DNA of 64,000 nt from Octopus vulgaris (GCA_951406725.2 OX597825.1:55924001-55988000); one strand, 5' to 3'; positions 37,236 through 51,330 are shown, numbered from the stretch's first letter. Notes: generated by a model not told the origin, from the sequence alone. Translations and numbers: made by a program.

Positions 37236-37736
37236 CGAATAAACGACGCCAACAATGGTTGACCCAAATCAATGGAATCTTTCAGATTAAACATTGATTA
37301 TGGACGTCACTAGAGTGAGTAATGGTGAGTGGAGATGTGGAGGAATGAGATACTGCTGCTGATGATAATGTTGTTGCTGCTGCTGCTGCTGAGGGTAGTG
37401 GTGGTGAGAATGGCGGTGGTAGTTTGTTATTGTAATAATTTATTTAAGAGGGAGCTGAAGAAGAAAACAGCAATCACCACCACCACCACCACCACCACCA
37501 CCCCGGCACGGCTGCTACCACCACCACCACTACCACCACCATCACTACCACCAAGAGCAAGAACAAGAATGAAATAGAAAATAAACAGAAAATAGTGAAA
37601 AAAAGTAGAATGGTAACAAACACCAACACATTTAATTACGCACACATTCACTCACACATATACATAGGCTGACATATACAATACACATACAAACATCGAC
37701 ACGCACACGTACGCTCACACACTCACACACGCGTGC

Positions 37737-37935
<199 letters not shown>

Positions 37936-38325
37936 CACATATATACATACACACACACGTATGTATGTATGTATTAAAAAATAAGCGAATAAGGAATTAT
38001 AAAGAATTACAAAAATAAAACAATGCTGAAGAACTCGAAGATTTTCTTTAGAATGGAAATTTGATCTGAAGATTGACAGAAATTTTCTTTGTTAGAAGAA
38101 TATTTCCCGAAAGATCAGCCTTTTCATTCTTTCTCTTCAAAACATGCGACATTTCTTGGAGTCAAATAAAGAAAATTAAATTACAGAAATACGGTTTCGC
38201 ATTCGTCACAAGGAAATGATTAAAGGGAAGGTTAGAATGGTAAACGGATGAAATGGAAACTAGGAGAAAAGGTGGGAATGATTTAAACAGAGGGGTAGTA
38301 AAGAATTGTAGCGGCCGTCGGTCAG

Positions 38326-38345
38326 GGGGAGTGGCTGATTGGTAC
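38326..38345. promoter_or_regulatory. Adjacent Sp/KLF-like GC box and NF-Y CCAAT box
   Basis: ggggagtggctgattggt contains GGGGAGTGGC and the reverse complement of CCAATCAGC, next to a small CpG cluster (gcggccgtcgg). Confidence 0.3.
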
Positions 38346-38520
38346 GGATTAAGCTCATTAAAGTGGTATGGGTGTTGCATGGTGGTGAAACTGGGAATGT
38401 TTTGGTGTTTAAGAAAATTAGCTTCGGGATAAATCAGAATCAAAGAATATTTCCAGTTGCAATGGATATTATTTTTAGTTAGAATATGTTGTTTGTTGTT
38501 TGTCTCTCTTTCTCTCTCTA

Positions 38521-38561
<41 letters not shown>

Positions 38562-39631
38562 GTAGTTGGAATAAGAAATGAGAGAATAAATTTAATATCT
38601 TGGGAGTCAAAATAAATTACAAGAATGTGTTACGTATTTGCAAACGAAATAGAAGAAAATGAACGAGAAGTGAAGAAAAGAGAGTAAGGAAATGGAATTG
38701 ATGGAATAATATTAAGAAGAATAAGGCGGCGAGCTTGCAGATCATTAGCACGGCGGGAAATTTGCTTAGCGGCATTTCGTCCATCTTTACGTTCTGAATT
38801 CAAATTCCGCCGAGGTAAACTTTGCCTTCCATCCTTTTGAGATCGATAAAACAAGTATCAGTTGAGCACTGGGATCGATGTAATCGACTTAGCGATGTGC
38901 CAAAACTTTAAACCATTATCAAGAAGAATGTTTTGGAAAATGGAGCGAGAAAATATTTAGAAAATTTGAAACAAAAGAGAAATGGCGATAAAACAATATA
39001 GTCTCTAGTAATAAGCAGTAGAAAATATTTGACTTCTTGGAAAATTATGGTAGTTATGTTCTGTGAAATGCAAGGAACTTGAAACGGAGGCTTTTTATAA
39101 TTAAATTTATTATGAATATAAACCATAGTAGATAATAACAGTGATAGTACTGGACGTTTTAGTGTGTTCTATGCGTAATACCTATCGCTCTATTTTGCCC
39201 ATTTATCTCAGGTAACTTTTGTCTAATGAAGGTGGGGGAAGCAGTTCAACTCAACTATTGCCAGTTCTTCAGTTTCACAGTTTAAATTCTCTTATTCTAC
39301 AACACCGAATTGAAGCCAAAATATAGCTTCATCTAACAAAGCTAACTTTAATTACGTACGCTTTTACAACTGCAATTGTACTAAATCTAATAACTGTCCC
39401 TAACTTTGAATTGCATTGCTAAAACTATAAAAATATAAATTTACAGTAAAAAATACGTACAACGCAAGAAAGACGTTCCGGTCTGAATCCAAATAAATTC
39501 AAGAATAGATACAATTAGAATAAGCATTTTTCAAAAAGCACTAATGATACAACTTCACTATCTTACTCTCACTCTTTCCCTCCCTCCCTCTCTCTCTTTT
39601 TATTTTGCTTTTTCTGTATCTCTCTCCCTTT

Positions 39632-39694
<63 letters not shown>

Positions 39695-39788
39695 CGCGCG
39701 TTTGCCTGTGTCGAGGAGTGTGATTAGGGATTAGAGTGTTGTTTAGGGGCCTTTGACTCGGGAAGAACCTTTGATCCTTTTTTTCGAG

Positions 39789-40110
39789 TGAAGGCGACGG
39801 CTCAGTGCGTCGGGCTCACAATCATGAGGTAGCGAGCTCGGTTCTCAGACCGGGTCGTGCGTTGTATTGTTGAGCAAGACACTTTATGTCACGTTGCTCC
39901 TGTTCACTCAGCTATGAAAATGAGTTGTGACGTCACTGTGCCAAGCTGTATCGACATTTCTCTTTCCCTTGCATGACATTGGTGGTGTAGAGAGAGGAGA
40001 CTGGTATGCATGAGCGACTCCTGGTCTTCTATAAACAACCTTGCCTGGACTTGTATCTAGGAGGGTAACTTTCCAGGTTCAATCTGATGGACATTCATGA
40101 CCGTAGTGGG
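39789..40110 (+). mobile_element. SINE family C, tail variant 1
   Basis: Colinear with 16145-16478. Confidence 0.88.
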
Positions 40111-40665
40111 TTTTCTCTTTAAATTTAATATTATGAGCATCTATTTCTAGCACCACTATAAGCAGGGGAGCCCTAAACCTCCCCTCACTTCTAGTAGTAT
40201 CAGGCTGTCCTTGAACTTTAGATCGTCATTATTTTTGCAACTGCTTTATTCCATCATAACCCCTTCCTTCCCGCTTTTCTCAACTCGGACCAGCACTGAT
40301 GATCAGCTAAAGGATGACATCTGCTATTCTTCATCCCTTTATCTATCTGTCTATATATATATATATATATATATACCCCCACTATATTGACAAGTATATA
40401 TCTACTTTACTACACCTGCCTGCCTGTCTTTCCTATTAAACCCTCATTCATTCTCTATTCAAATTTGTAACTATATCTTGCCACGAATATTCTCACTTCA
40501 AACTGCTAATGGACATAACCTATAACTGTATTATTTATTCGATCATGGAACTACGTAACGTATATCAATTTTATTCTGACCCTTCCTCCATTTTTGACAA
40601 GCTGGAATATACTAATATCCTCAACTGGAGATATTCCCTTATTCTTACATCTCTCTGACTTCTCC

Positions 40666-40754
40666 CTCTCTGATGATAGAATATACCGCCTATAAGAAAC
40701 CTTACTCAGTATGATGATCCATGTGCTTGCCTATTCTAGAAACGAGTGTAAGAG
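40666..40754 (+). ncRNA. Type I minimal hammerhead ribozyme motif (Penelope-like element pseudo-LTR type)
   Basis: Stem I ctct/agag; core CTGATGA (40670-76); stem II tagaata/tattcta; GAAA (40739-42); stem III AC-gagt-GT; predicted GUA cleavage after 40750. Confidence 0.7.
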
Positions 40755-41439
40755 ACTCTATATTTTATGTTTATGTTTTCCAGTTTCAGCTCTTGAGCTG
40801 TGGCCATGCTGGGGCACCGCCATTATATTTATGTTTATATTCTCTGTCTGAATTAATTGTCTTTTTCAAGTGATGCCAAACGTTTCGCTTCTGTTCCAGC
40901 ATGACCGCAGCCGCATGGCTGAAACGAGTAAAAGAGTCATATATAAGAAATTAATAGTTATACAGTATTTAAAATGTATTCTTAGGCCGAATTGTGTAGG
41001 AGTAAGAAATTATGTACCTTTTGTGCGACGACATACCAGAAATATTAGCTTCCGATTGTCTACACAAAAGAATGTCTGAAAGTTCTACTTCAAGCCGTCA
41101 TAGGACTTATATATATTTCTTTACTGCCCAGAAGGGGACAAACAAGGACAGACGAAGGGATTCAGTCGATTATATCGCCCCCAGTGCGAAACTGGTACTT
41201 TATTTATCGACCCCGAAAGGATGAAAGGGAAAGTTGACCTCGGCGGAATTTGAACTCAGAACGTAACGACAGACGAAATACCGCTAAGCATTTCGCCCGG
41301 CGCGCTAACGTGTCTGCCAGCTCAACATGCCCAAATGCTTAGATACCATCCATACCATTTTGTTTTCACTCGGATCTTCGAATTTATAAGGAGTAAATAT
41401 TACAGGTACCTTCGTTACTTGCAATTTCATATTTTATCT

Positions 41440-41649
41440 CACTTGTTTCAGATATCTGAATGCGGCCATGCAGGGGCACCAGATTGAAGAATTTTTAGTG
41501 CATTGAATCGAACCCAGTACATTTTTTTTAAAGCCTGGTACTTATTCTATCAGTCTCTTTTGGCAAACTGCTAGGTTAGAGTGACGTAAACACATCAACA
41601 CCAGTTGTCAAGTGGTGGTGGTGGGAGGGAGACGTACACATGCAAACGC

Positions 41650-41704
<55 letters not shown>

Positions 41705-41972
41705 TGCGCAAACGTGGCTGTATGGTAGGAAGCTAGCTTCTCAAACACATAGTTGTGAGTTCAGTCTCACTTCATGGCCAGTGTCTTCTGCTATAGCCTA
41801 GGTTGACTAAAATAGGTGGATGTGGTAGAGAAAAGCTGAAGGAAGACAATATTAATAGCGTTCTGTCTATCGCTATACAAATCCATCATTTTTTGCTAAA
41901 ATGTCTAATTGACGAGTTTCGTTTTTTTCACTTTCCGGAGGAGAAGATTGCATCGTTAACTCCATTTTTTTA

Positions 41973-42045
<73 letters not shown>

Positions 42046-42199
42046 GACGGTCTTCCTTCAGCTTCTCTCTACCACATCCACCCATTTTAGTCAACCTAGG
42101 CTATAGCAGAAAACACTGGCCATGAAGTGAGACTGAACTCACAACTATGTGTTTGAGAAGCCAGCTTCCTACCATACAGCCACGTTTGCGCATTAATAT
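41440..42199 (-). mobile_element. SINE family A copy whose internal (TA)n is interrupted by an inverted duplicate of its own head
   Basis: 3' part at 41440-41660, head at 42041-42199, insert at 41698-41975 bounded by TA runs. Confidence 0.85.
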
Positions 42200-42597
42200 T
42201 TTCTTTATTTTCTTTTCTCTATTTTCTAATATTTCGACATATTATCGCATTTCATCACCAAATGTTTCCATTACAAGAAACACACATTTTCATGTATCAT
42301 TGTCCCATCATCTTGTGCTTATATTCTGACAAATCGTTTCACAATTAAAATCTTTTGTTGGGGTGTACTCTCCTCACTAACCTATCCTTGAAGCCTAAAA
42401 TATAATGCGAACTATTTGCGGAAAACTATTTACAGATCTAGAAAGCATAATATGAATGACATTTGCTATGAACTACAAATGTAAAATCGTATATTTTCTA
42501 TTTCTGTTTCTATGTATATAGATTCTTGATGCGATGAAAATGAGAATACGCACATAAACATAAGTACATATAATTCTGAGCATCTATTCTGTTATCT

Positions 42598-44120
42598 GAA
42601 CAGGAACCGTGTTTGAAGACACTTAACTAGAAAGAAGGGTTTTATTTCAATCAGTTCTGCCATCGTAGATAAAATACTAATACAAGAAACGAGAAGACAA
42701 GCAGCCATTGTTACCACATGTGCAGAACAACGATTTAGAACTTACCAACTTCCTGTTGCAAGATGTTTTGTATAAAAAGTTCGGATAAAATTGAAAGGTC
42801 GTGGCGGCAATGTTTCAACTGTATCAAAAATAACAAAATATATAAATACTCGGGAAGTATAAAGACACCGCAGTTTATTTAACGGATTCAAAACATTACC
42901 GATTATAATCTCTGAAAATCAATGAGAGCGATTGCCAAAGAACATCAGATGTCAGAGTAGACTATTAGAACTGTGGTGCATGAGGACGGTCAATACAAGT
43001 CGTATTTACAAGGGAGAAGCCTATTTATTTCTGAAAATTCGCAGGATATCCGTTTGGTCTGTGCCAAGCAGTTCAACTTTAAAAAACCCTCACCATTGTG
43101 ACATAGTTTGGTTCATTGATGAGAATTCAAAAAGAAGAATAAAACCTTCCCGAGTCATACAATCTCACAAGGGTCGATTTACCGGTTTCCATGGTAAATC
43201 CATTTCCCACCCGAACGGGACGACGGTCTGTCGCAGGATTACTCGTGTTTACCAGCTGAGTGGACTGGAGCAAGTTGAAATGAAGAGCTTTGTTCAAGAA
43301 CACAACGCATCACCGGTTTCAGGAATTGAAACCACAATCTTACGGTAATGAGTCTAACACCCTAAACACTAAGCCACGTGCTTCCACTTTGAGGCGAATA
43401 ACTTCTATTAAAACCAAAAGTCTAACAGGTGAAATGATAGATAGTTATGTGCAGACTCTTCTGATGTCCCCAGAGTGATGCACATAAAATTTTCATCAAA
43501 TGTGATGGCCATAGGAGTGTGGTGACTAACGAAGGTCATGTCATGCAACGAAGGTCGTGTCATGTCACGAAGGTCATGTCATGCCAAAAAGGTCATGACA
43601 TGCTTTCCACAAGTATGGTCTTAGATTTAATGCCGCTAGATATATTGAGATGCTCGAGAGTTACCAGGCTCTGTATGGATGAAGGGAGCAACGGAAATCT
43701 GTACGTATTTCAACAAGACTCAGTACCTTCTCTCAAAGTTCACGTAAGCACAGAATAAATGACAGACAATATTTACGATCATGTAACACCAAACTTGTGC
43801 GCTCAAAATTCGTCAAATTACCATGAAGTGAAACGTTTGGAACGTTGTTGAAATGGAAACTAATCGACATTTTCTCAATACTAAAGCTTCACTGAAAGCC
43901 GACCTTGTCGGGGTGAACTCCGAAGTGAACAAGGAACATTTAGTGGCAGCAAGTCAAAAATTCTAATCCGGCATTGAGGCGGTCATCAAAGCTAAAGGCA
44001 TGCTCATAAAATAATCTTATTAAAAGGTTTATCGAGAACATGCACGTTAGGTTTTGCTCGATTAGTTATATTAATTTACTCACCAAATATGTCCTCAAAT
44101 ACCTTTCACACCCTGTGTAT
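42598..44120 (+). mobile_element. Near full-length DD37D (maT) transposon fossil with a nested SINE C
   Basis: WFIDENS | ..LCADSSDVPRVMHIKF..VTNEGHVM..YVFQQDSVPS..DNIYDHVTPNL..VWNVVEMETN..IEAVIKAKG. Right end gtcctcaaatacc..caccctgt loosely mirrors left-end gtgtttgaagacac. Confidence 0.85.
43150..43390 (-). mobile_element. SINE family C, short tail variant 3, nested in the DD37D element
   Basis: Matches 61775-61983(-): cagctgagtggac..ttgttcaagaacacaacgc..ggaattgaaaccacaatcttacg..cactaagccacg. Confidence 0.85.
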
Positions 44121-44569
44121 TCATTTGATGTATAATAGTTATGTATATCTTTGTTTGTGTGTGTATGAGTGTGTGTGTGTGTCTATGTATGTATCTATCT
44201 CTCTATATGTCTATATGTCTTTCGCTCTCACTCACTTTATATATATGTATATATATATATAATGTATAATGAAGTAGGTGTTGGGGAATATACATAGGAG
44301 TCGAGTTATGTAAAGGTACATATACGTGCATAATTATATCAAAAAGAGTTTTCCACGCAATATTTATATGCTGTTATTTGTAGCTTTCTATGTGCACTTC
44401 GAGATATATATTACAGAAAAGAATTAGTTCATATATAAATGGCGGTGCTCCAACATGGCCACAGCCTTAGGGCTAAGGCGTGTAAACGAATAAATGTATA
44501 TAAAATAATAATAATAATAATAAATAAATAATAAAAAACATACATACATACATATACACACACAGATTT

Positions 44570-44645
<76 letters not shown>

Positions 44646-44921
44646 ACTAAGTGTATTTGTTGCATGTGTCATATATCTAACTGTGTACGTACAGCAATAT
44701 CTAGGATAGTGAGTGAATATAAAAGTGTATATTTTCAATATCTCTATATGTGTTAGAGGGAAAAATGTTGCTTGGTTGAAGGCATCTATTGTGAGTCTAT
44801 TATTATATTTACGGATACAGCAGTTTTTTTTTTTAGTTTTGTTATGTGCCATAGCGAACTAAGATTTCTATATACGTGGAAATATGAAATTTTTTCTGTG
44901 TTAAAGGGTATAATGTGTGTT

Positions 44922-45015
<94 letters not shown>

Positions 45016-45754
45016 TATTGACATATAGAATAAATATCGGATCAAGTCTGTATACAAATATATTGACTTACATTCAGATGACGTCAAAGAATGGTTAGAT
45101 GTGTAGAAATCTACTGAAGGTTTTATCATAGACTAAGAACCAATTTTTACGAATGTTTTTAATTTCGATGTCTTCAAGACTAGTATTAATAGATTTGTAT
45201 ACATGTGTCTCTGATATATATATATATATATATATAATCGTATATAAATTTTATTGAAGTATACTTATTCTGAAGATGGTAATAGTAATCTTAGAAAGTA
45301 AACTTATAATTTTCGTTTGTAACTGTTTTAAACAAGCATGTTAAATCAGGGAGCATAGCAGATAAAGTATATTCAGTCTGAGTGCGAATGCTGCAGAGTT
45401 CAACTTTTACTTTCGTATTTTCAGGGTCGTTACTTTATAGTAGCAATCAATGATGGTTGATAGGCGAAAATGTAAAAACCTCGCACTGGATGTTTTGCAT
45501 TACTCTACCCGGATCCTTGTGTTGTGATTCAAATTGCACTATAGACTACTTGGCTTAAGCAGTTGTTCGGTTTTAACACCACTACTTGACATCTTGGGCG
45601 CATTTTAGGAGCGTTCACTCTGTTGGAAGTTTTCTCGGACTTTAGTATACGATGCCAACTCCTTCTCATCAACGTCAAAGACCCTGTGAGGGGTCATAAG
45701 TATTCTCTTCTCTCCAGGCTAAAAGATAAATATTACCTATCCCGTTACATATGT

Positions 45755-46123
45755 TTATTGCTTCCGCTCTAATGAAGACGGTGGTATTGTTTTAGTCGTG
45801 TTTGTTTGTTTGTCCGTGACAACATATCTCAAGAACCGCTAGATTGATTCAGATGAAACTCTCAGGGATGTTTGGTCTCGTGACTAGCACGAACTGATTA
45901 GATTTTGGGATCGATCTGATACCGGACAAGGATTCTGGATTATTTTTCCGTTTTTTTTTTACTTAATTTTTGAGAGCAGTCGGGTTCATTTTTAGTATTC
46001 TCGTTTGTGAGAGCAGTCGAGTTTATTTCAGATATTCTCATTTAAAAAATCATCTCCGGCTAATCGTTGAGTGGACGTTGGTGTTGCCTTAGTGGAGGTC
46101 TGCGCTCTCTGAGTGCTCTAGTT
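45755..46123 (+). mobile_element. HINE/DINE-like element, second full copy
   Basis: Colinear with 35492-35867; terminal palindrome gcgctc-tct-gagtgc. Confidence 0.87.
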
Positions 46124-46184
46124 TAAATCTGGATTAATGTTTATTTTCAGTAGCGCTGTCACGGATTATTATAAATCTTTTGTT

Positions 46185-46615
46185 TTTTACTTCTTTCTGT
46201 CATTTGACTGCCATACTGGGGCACCGCCTGGAGAGATTTTAGTCGAACAAATTAACCCCAGAACTTTAAAAAAAAATCTCGTACTTATTTTATCGGAGTT
46301 TTTTGCCGAACCACTAACTTACGGGGACATAAACACACTAACACTGGTTGTCAAACAGTGGCGGCGGGGGGGGGGGGGGTTTGGCGCCACTGTTTACACA
46401 AAAACACACACACAAACACGCACACACACAAACACGCACACACACATATATGTATACGCTGGGCGTCTCTCAGTTTCTATCTACCAAAATCCACTGACAA
46501 GGCTCTGGCGCACTAGAGACTATAGTGAAGACAATTGCCAAAGGTGCCACACAGTGGGACTGAACCTACAACCGTATGGCTGGGATGCATATTTCTTACG
46601 ACACAGCCACGCCAC
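46185..46615 (-). mobile_element. SINE family A copy, diverged
   Basis: Reverse complement of family A tail, internal CA run and head. Confidence 0.8.
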
Positions 46616-47353
46616 TTAGCTTAGACCTGCAACCTAATTTTGTAACCAACTGATGGATCAGGTTTTGATGTAAATAGTTGATGATTGGTAAAAATATAAG
46701 GGAAACTGACATGATATTTTACAGACCAATACTTAAACTTGATTTATTGGATAAAAGTAACAGAGATGTGTATTTCCCCATTTCTACATGTTTTCACAAA
46801 AGGAGACGAAACTCCTGCCCAATTATAATTGCAATGTTTATCTACACATATATGGCCTAAAAATCAGAATTTTTCGTACCGATAACACATTTTTTATTGG
46901 TATATTAGAATTTGATCTGAAAGATTGGATTCAGCATATTTTTCTAAGCCTCCGTCGTTTGTAAGTAGATAAGATTTTACCATAAATGGCTCGTTGGCTG
47001 CGAAGTTACAATCCCTGGTGAAAGCTATAATTATTGTTATTGTTTAAGGATTTTAACTGTTATGTTCAGTTCTTGATTTGAAGTTAGAATTCACTTCCAT
47101 TTGAACAGCTATCATTACAAAAACAATAAAATAAATTAAAAGATAATTAAAAGAATAAATAAAAAGCCCCCAAAACACAAAATTTTTCTTTTTAATATAT
47201 TAGGCCGCTGCCATATGTGAACATTTCTGTATAAATATTGTTAAATTTTATAAACACTAATTCTCACCTCAGTTGATTGTGTCCACACAATAAAAGAGGT
47301 CACTTCTTGTAAGGTCTGAATCAAAAGCTATACATATACATACATTCATACGC

Positions 47354-47441
<88 letters not shown>

Positions 47442-47806
47442 GTTGATATACTAGAAACAGAATACTCATTCCAGATCCTATTAAGTAGCGATAGTAATCG
47501 ATATTTGCATATAGTCATGGACTAGTAATACAGCTCAGGTGGGTGATGTAGATAAGTCACATAAATGGCGAAACACCAACATTCAAGTTCTTGAATAGGA
47601 TTTGGGCTGACTTGTCTCCTCTGTCTATTACTTTCTGGTACTTTAACACCTGGTGGTTTGATGGAGTATCTCCATTGTGCTAGTTTGCAGCCTATCAGCG
47701 AACAAAGAAGATGCGTACATTGAGTGTGTGTTCGGTAATATTTTCAAAACTACCACTGCTTCTAATTCATACTTGAATGCATAAATAAATAAATAAATAT
47801 CTACTC

Positions 47807-47845
<39 letters not shown>

Positions 47846-48460
47846 TGCACTTGTCTGGTACTTTATTTTGTCGACCACAAGTATATATATGCAAAATACA
47901 CTATTTGGAAGCTTATATACATATGTGCGTGTATGTTTGTGTGTGTATCTCTCTGCCCCTACCCCTCTCCTCTCCTTCCACGTGACCGGTGTTCCGCCAA
48001 GACTGACATTTCTTTCTTGGTTCGACTACCATCCGTGTAGCATCTCTTGCATTCCTTCACATTACTTTCACCTCCTATGTTCCTCCCCCGAGGCTTCACT
48101 TTCACACATGCTACCTTAATTTGATTCATCCTTAGTCGAAAGACACCTCGTTGTTAATGTCTTGTTTTTTGTATTTGTAATTGTGTACCATTTCTCCGTT
48201 TGTTTTTCGTCCTTGTTTTCGTATACATTCGCTTGCTTTCTTCCAAGGTTTCTAGTCCGCTTAGCTTAGATTTTCTTAGGGCCCGCCAGATTGGAGCAGT
48301 CTCAAGTGTAACCAGCCGAAACTGCAAAAACGATATGGAACTCGACTGAGGATAGGAAGCTTCGAATGACACGTCCTTATTTTTCCTGTCCTTCTTTGTA
48401 TCATATAACTGTCCGCATGTTTTGTTGTCTCCTGTTAGTTCTTGTTCCATCTTTTGTTTT

Positions 48461-48513
<53 letters not shown>

Positions 48514-49289
48514 TACACATACACACACATACACATATACATACATATATATATTTATGCATATGCATGTATACACATATTTTGCACTCTACATAGTCAT
48601 TGGTTTCCGATAGCATCGTATCCTCACCTGTAAGAAAGACTTTCTGTTTATATGTACCACCAAATTTCTTCCATCTTACCGAAAACTTAATGGCGAAATG
48701 TTGCTGTCCGGCAAAAGAAAGCCTTTCTTATGCCAAACTTATGGACAATAAACACGAGTTACAAACATTTCTACATCCAAGTATATTTTTGTGTATATTC
48801 TTGCACGTATATTAGATTAAATTATTATTAAGCTTCTATACCATGCATAGAACATTCTCTGTTAATATAACATAAAGATGAACTTACCTAGTTCCAACCA
48901 TACAAGGATAATGGAGCAACAGAATGGAAGATTATCATATAAAAAGAATGAAAAATAGAGAAAAATGTGTGTTCGAGAAAGAAGTAGAATAGAATGCAAA
49001 TACAATTGTGGATATATTTTCATGAGAATTTTTTAGGGGATTACTTTTTTTTTTGCATATTTTGAATGATTCAGTGTTGAAATATCTCTGATGATAGCAT
49101 AATGGAATGAAAGAATATTGAGAAAATTGAACGATAGAATATTCTAGTGACTGAATGAAAAAAAAAATGAGCTTTTCAGAACAAAATGGAAGTATATGTT
49201 TTGATTCAATGTAAGAGAGAAAATTTTTTTCATTTCTCTTTTTTTAATTGAATATAGGAATTCTTAGGCAAATAAATTGTCAAAGAATA

Positions 49290-49770
49290 TATTAGGCATA
49301 GAATAGAAGTATATATTGGTAATAGAATTAGAGAATGTATTAAAATAGGAGGATCAGAGAGTATATTTAAAATGGAATTAGAGAATATATTTAGAATATG
49401 ACTAGAGAATAGTTAGAATGGAATTGGTGAATATATCTAAAATAGGATTAGAAAATATATTTAGAGGGCAATAGAGAATATATTTAGTATAAGATTAACG
49501 AATATATTTTTAGAATAAGATCAGCGAATATATTTAGAATAGAATTAGAGAATATATTTAGAGTGGTATGAGAGAATATATTTAGAATAGAATTACTAAA
49601 TATTTAGAAAGGGATTACAGAATATTTAGAACAGGATTAGTGAATATTTTTGGAATCGGATTAATAGATAAATTTAGAATTGGATTAGGGAATATACTGA
49701 GAATGGGATTAGAGAACGGATTAGAGAACGGAATATACACTTAGAATGGAAACAAAAGCGTATATTTCGA
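49290..49770. repeat. Diverged ~24-bp minisatellite (consensus AGAGAATATATTTAGAATAGAATT), roughly 18-20 units
   Basis: Repeated gaatatatttaga motif at 22-25 bp spacing. Confidence 0.88.
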
Positions 49771-50094
49771 ATTGGAGAAAAAAATTAGAGGATAGAGAAG
49801 GAAGTAAATGCTTAGTTTTCACTACAATGACATAACTTGTAAAAGCATAAGAGACATTGATTCTTACTGGCAAAACTCTTAAAGTATCAGTAAGAAAATG
49901 CCATGTGGTATTTGGTGTAGCTCTTTATATTCTGAGTTAAAATCCCACTGCGGTCAACCTTGCGTTTTAACCTTACGGGTTCGATAAAATAAAATACCTG
50001 TTTCAGTACTGGATCAATTTAATTGACTAACCATCTTCCCTCAAAATGGCTGAATCCATACTGAATCCATATAAGAATCCATACTAACGACATG

Positions 50095-51330
50095 GCCGTC
50101 ATAGCCTCATAGAAGCTGAAAGGTTGCTAGCAGAATACGGCAAATCACATCAGTGAGGACAAGTCGGAGGGCTTGCAACTCGATACACGCAGGAACAGGT
50201 CTAGAATACGGAAAAATCTGTAACTGGATCGAGGGCTCGACTAAAGCGCTACAAGATTTTATTGGACTCGGTTTACAAGTGGGAAGAACTGAGTATGTGG
50301 TGAGTAGGGAGCCAATTCATCCAGAAATGGGCAGAGAAGAAATAGCCAGACGGAAGTGGCTAATAACTACGCCACATAAGATGGTGTCCTACTACTTAAC
50401 CTCCGTGTCTTGTCCCAATAAACATATGACATGACTGGAACGCATATTTTTTTTTGTTTTTTTTTTTTTGCTGCGTACGGAAAGAACTGTTTCGTCTTTT
50501 TAGTTTATCTGCTGCGAAGCGCCGAGGCTGATGCATCTTCAGAAATGTCCTGAACACTGCAAAGGAAACGATTTCGGACTGGTGTGGGTGTTTTTCATAC
50601 GACACGTCTTTCTGCAGCTCGTCTTCTCAGCCGAGCAGCAACGATGAGTAAAGCTTAAACCGAAGTTCAATGCCAGACTTCAAGAAGTTTACAGATACTC
50701 GCAGGACTGTAGTAGCTGGGCAACGCAGGAAAACTAACTTCACATTCTGTATCAAGTTATAGACAATGACCTGGTAGCTACTCTGGGCATTGACTAGAAC
50801 AGACTGAGCAGTCACCTCTTGGAGAATTTTCAAGGACTGTTCAATTTCTGAAAGTTCCTGACATGACAGTGCTGGAAAGGTATGAATTGTTTGCGATAAG
50901 CATAAAAGCGTCAACAAGTAAACCTACACGAAATGTGCACAAGGGGAACAAAACCTGCAGCACACGATCGTTCAGCGTCTGTGTATTTTCAACTCCTGAG
51001 CTCCTGTTGCATGGACGCCAAATCCAGCTATCAGCCGAATTTATTTTGTAAATCAATGCGCCACCTGCCTTTTGGCAGATAAGGATGGCTATTCCTTCTC
51101 TGTTTAGTTGTTATGACAGAAGAAGTAATGTGGTGTACGAGTCTGAAAGCTTTGAAGCTTGGCTTCTTCATCTCTGTTCAAACCTTTATCAACTTCTTCA
51201 CATGCAACTTGAAGAAAAAACTGAAGGTAGAGAGAAAGGCGCTACCTTCTACTCTGTTAAATAAAAGTTAGGTGAAAGTGGTGAAGCTCAAGAACCAAGC
51301 GTCAACGCACATTTTAAAGTAGGAGAAACG
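50095..51330 (+). mobile_element. Degraded 3' part of an L1/Tx1-type LINE ORF2
   Basis: Frameshifted translation QKWAEKK..EVANNY..SYYLTSVSCPNKHMT*LERIFF..TKCAQGEQNLQHTIVQ (CCHC remnant)..QLSAEFIL..EEVMWCTSLKAL..FINFFTCNLKKKLKVERK. Confidence 0.72.

Noticed and set aside
37270-37455. Minus-strand His/Gln- or Ser/Ala-rich reading after an acceptor-like site
   Set aside because: All three frames hit a stop within ~10 codons of the acceptor; low-complexity origin.
43548-43604. Four ~19-bp tandem repeats (acgaaggtcatgtcatg)
   Set aside because: Local slippage inside the dead DD37D transposase (NEGHVM codons); no independent function evident.
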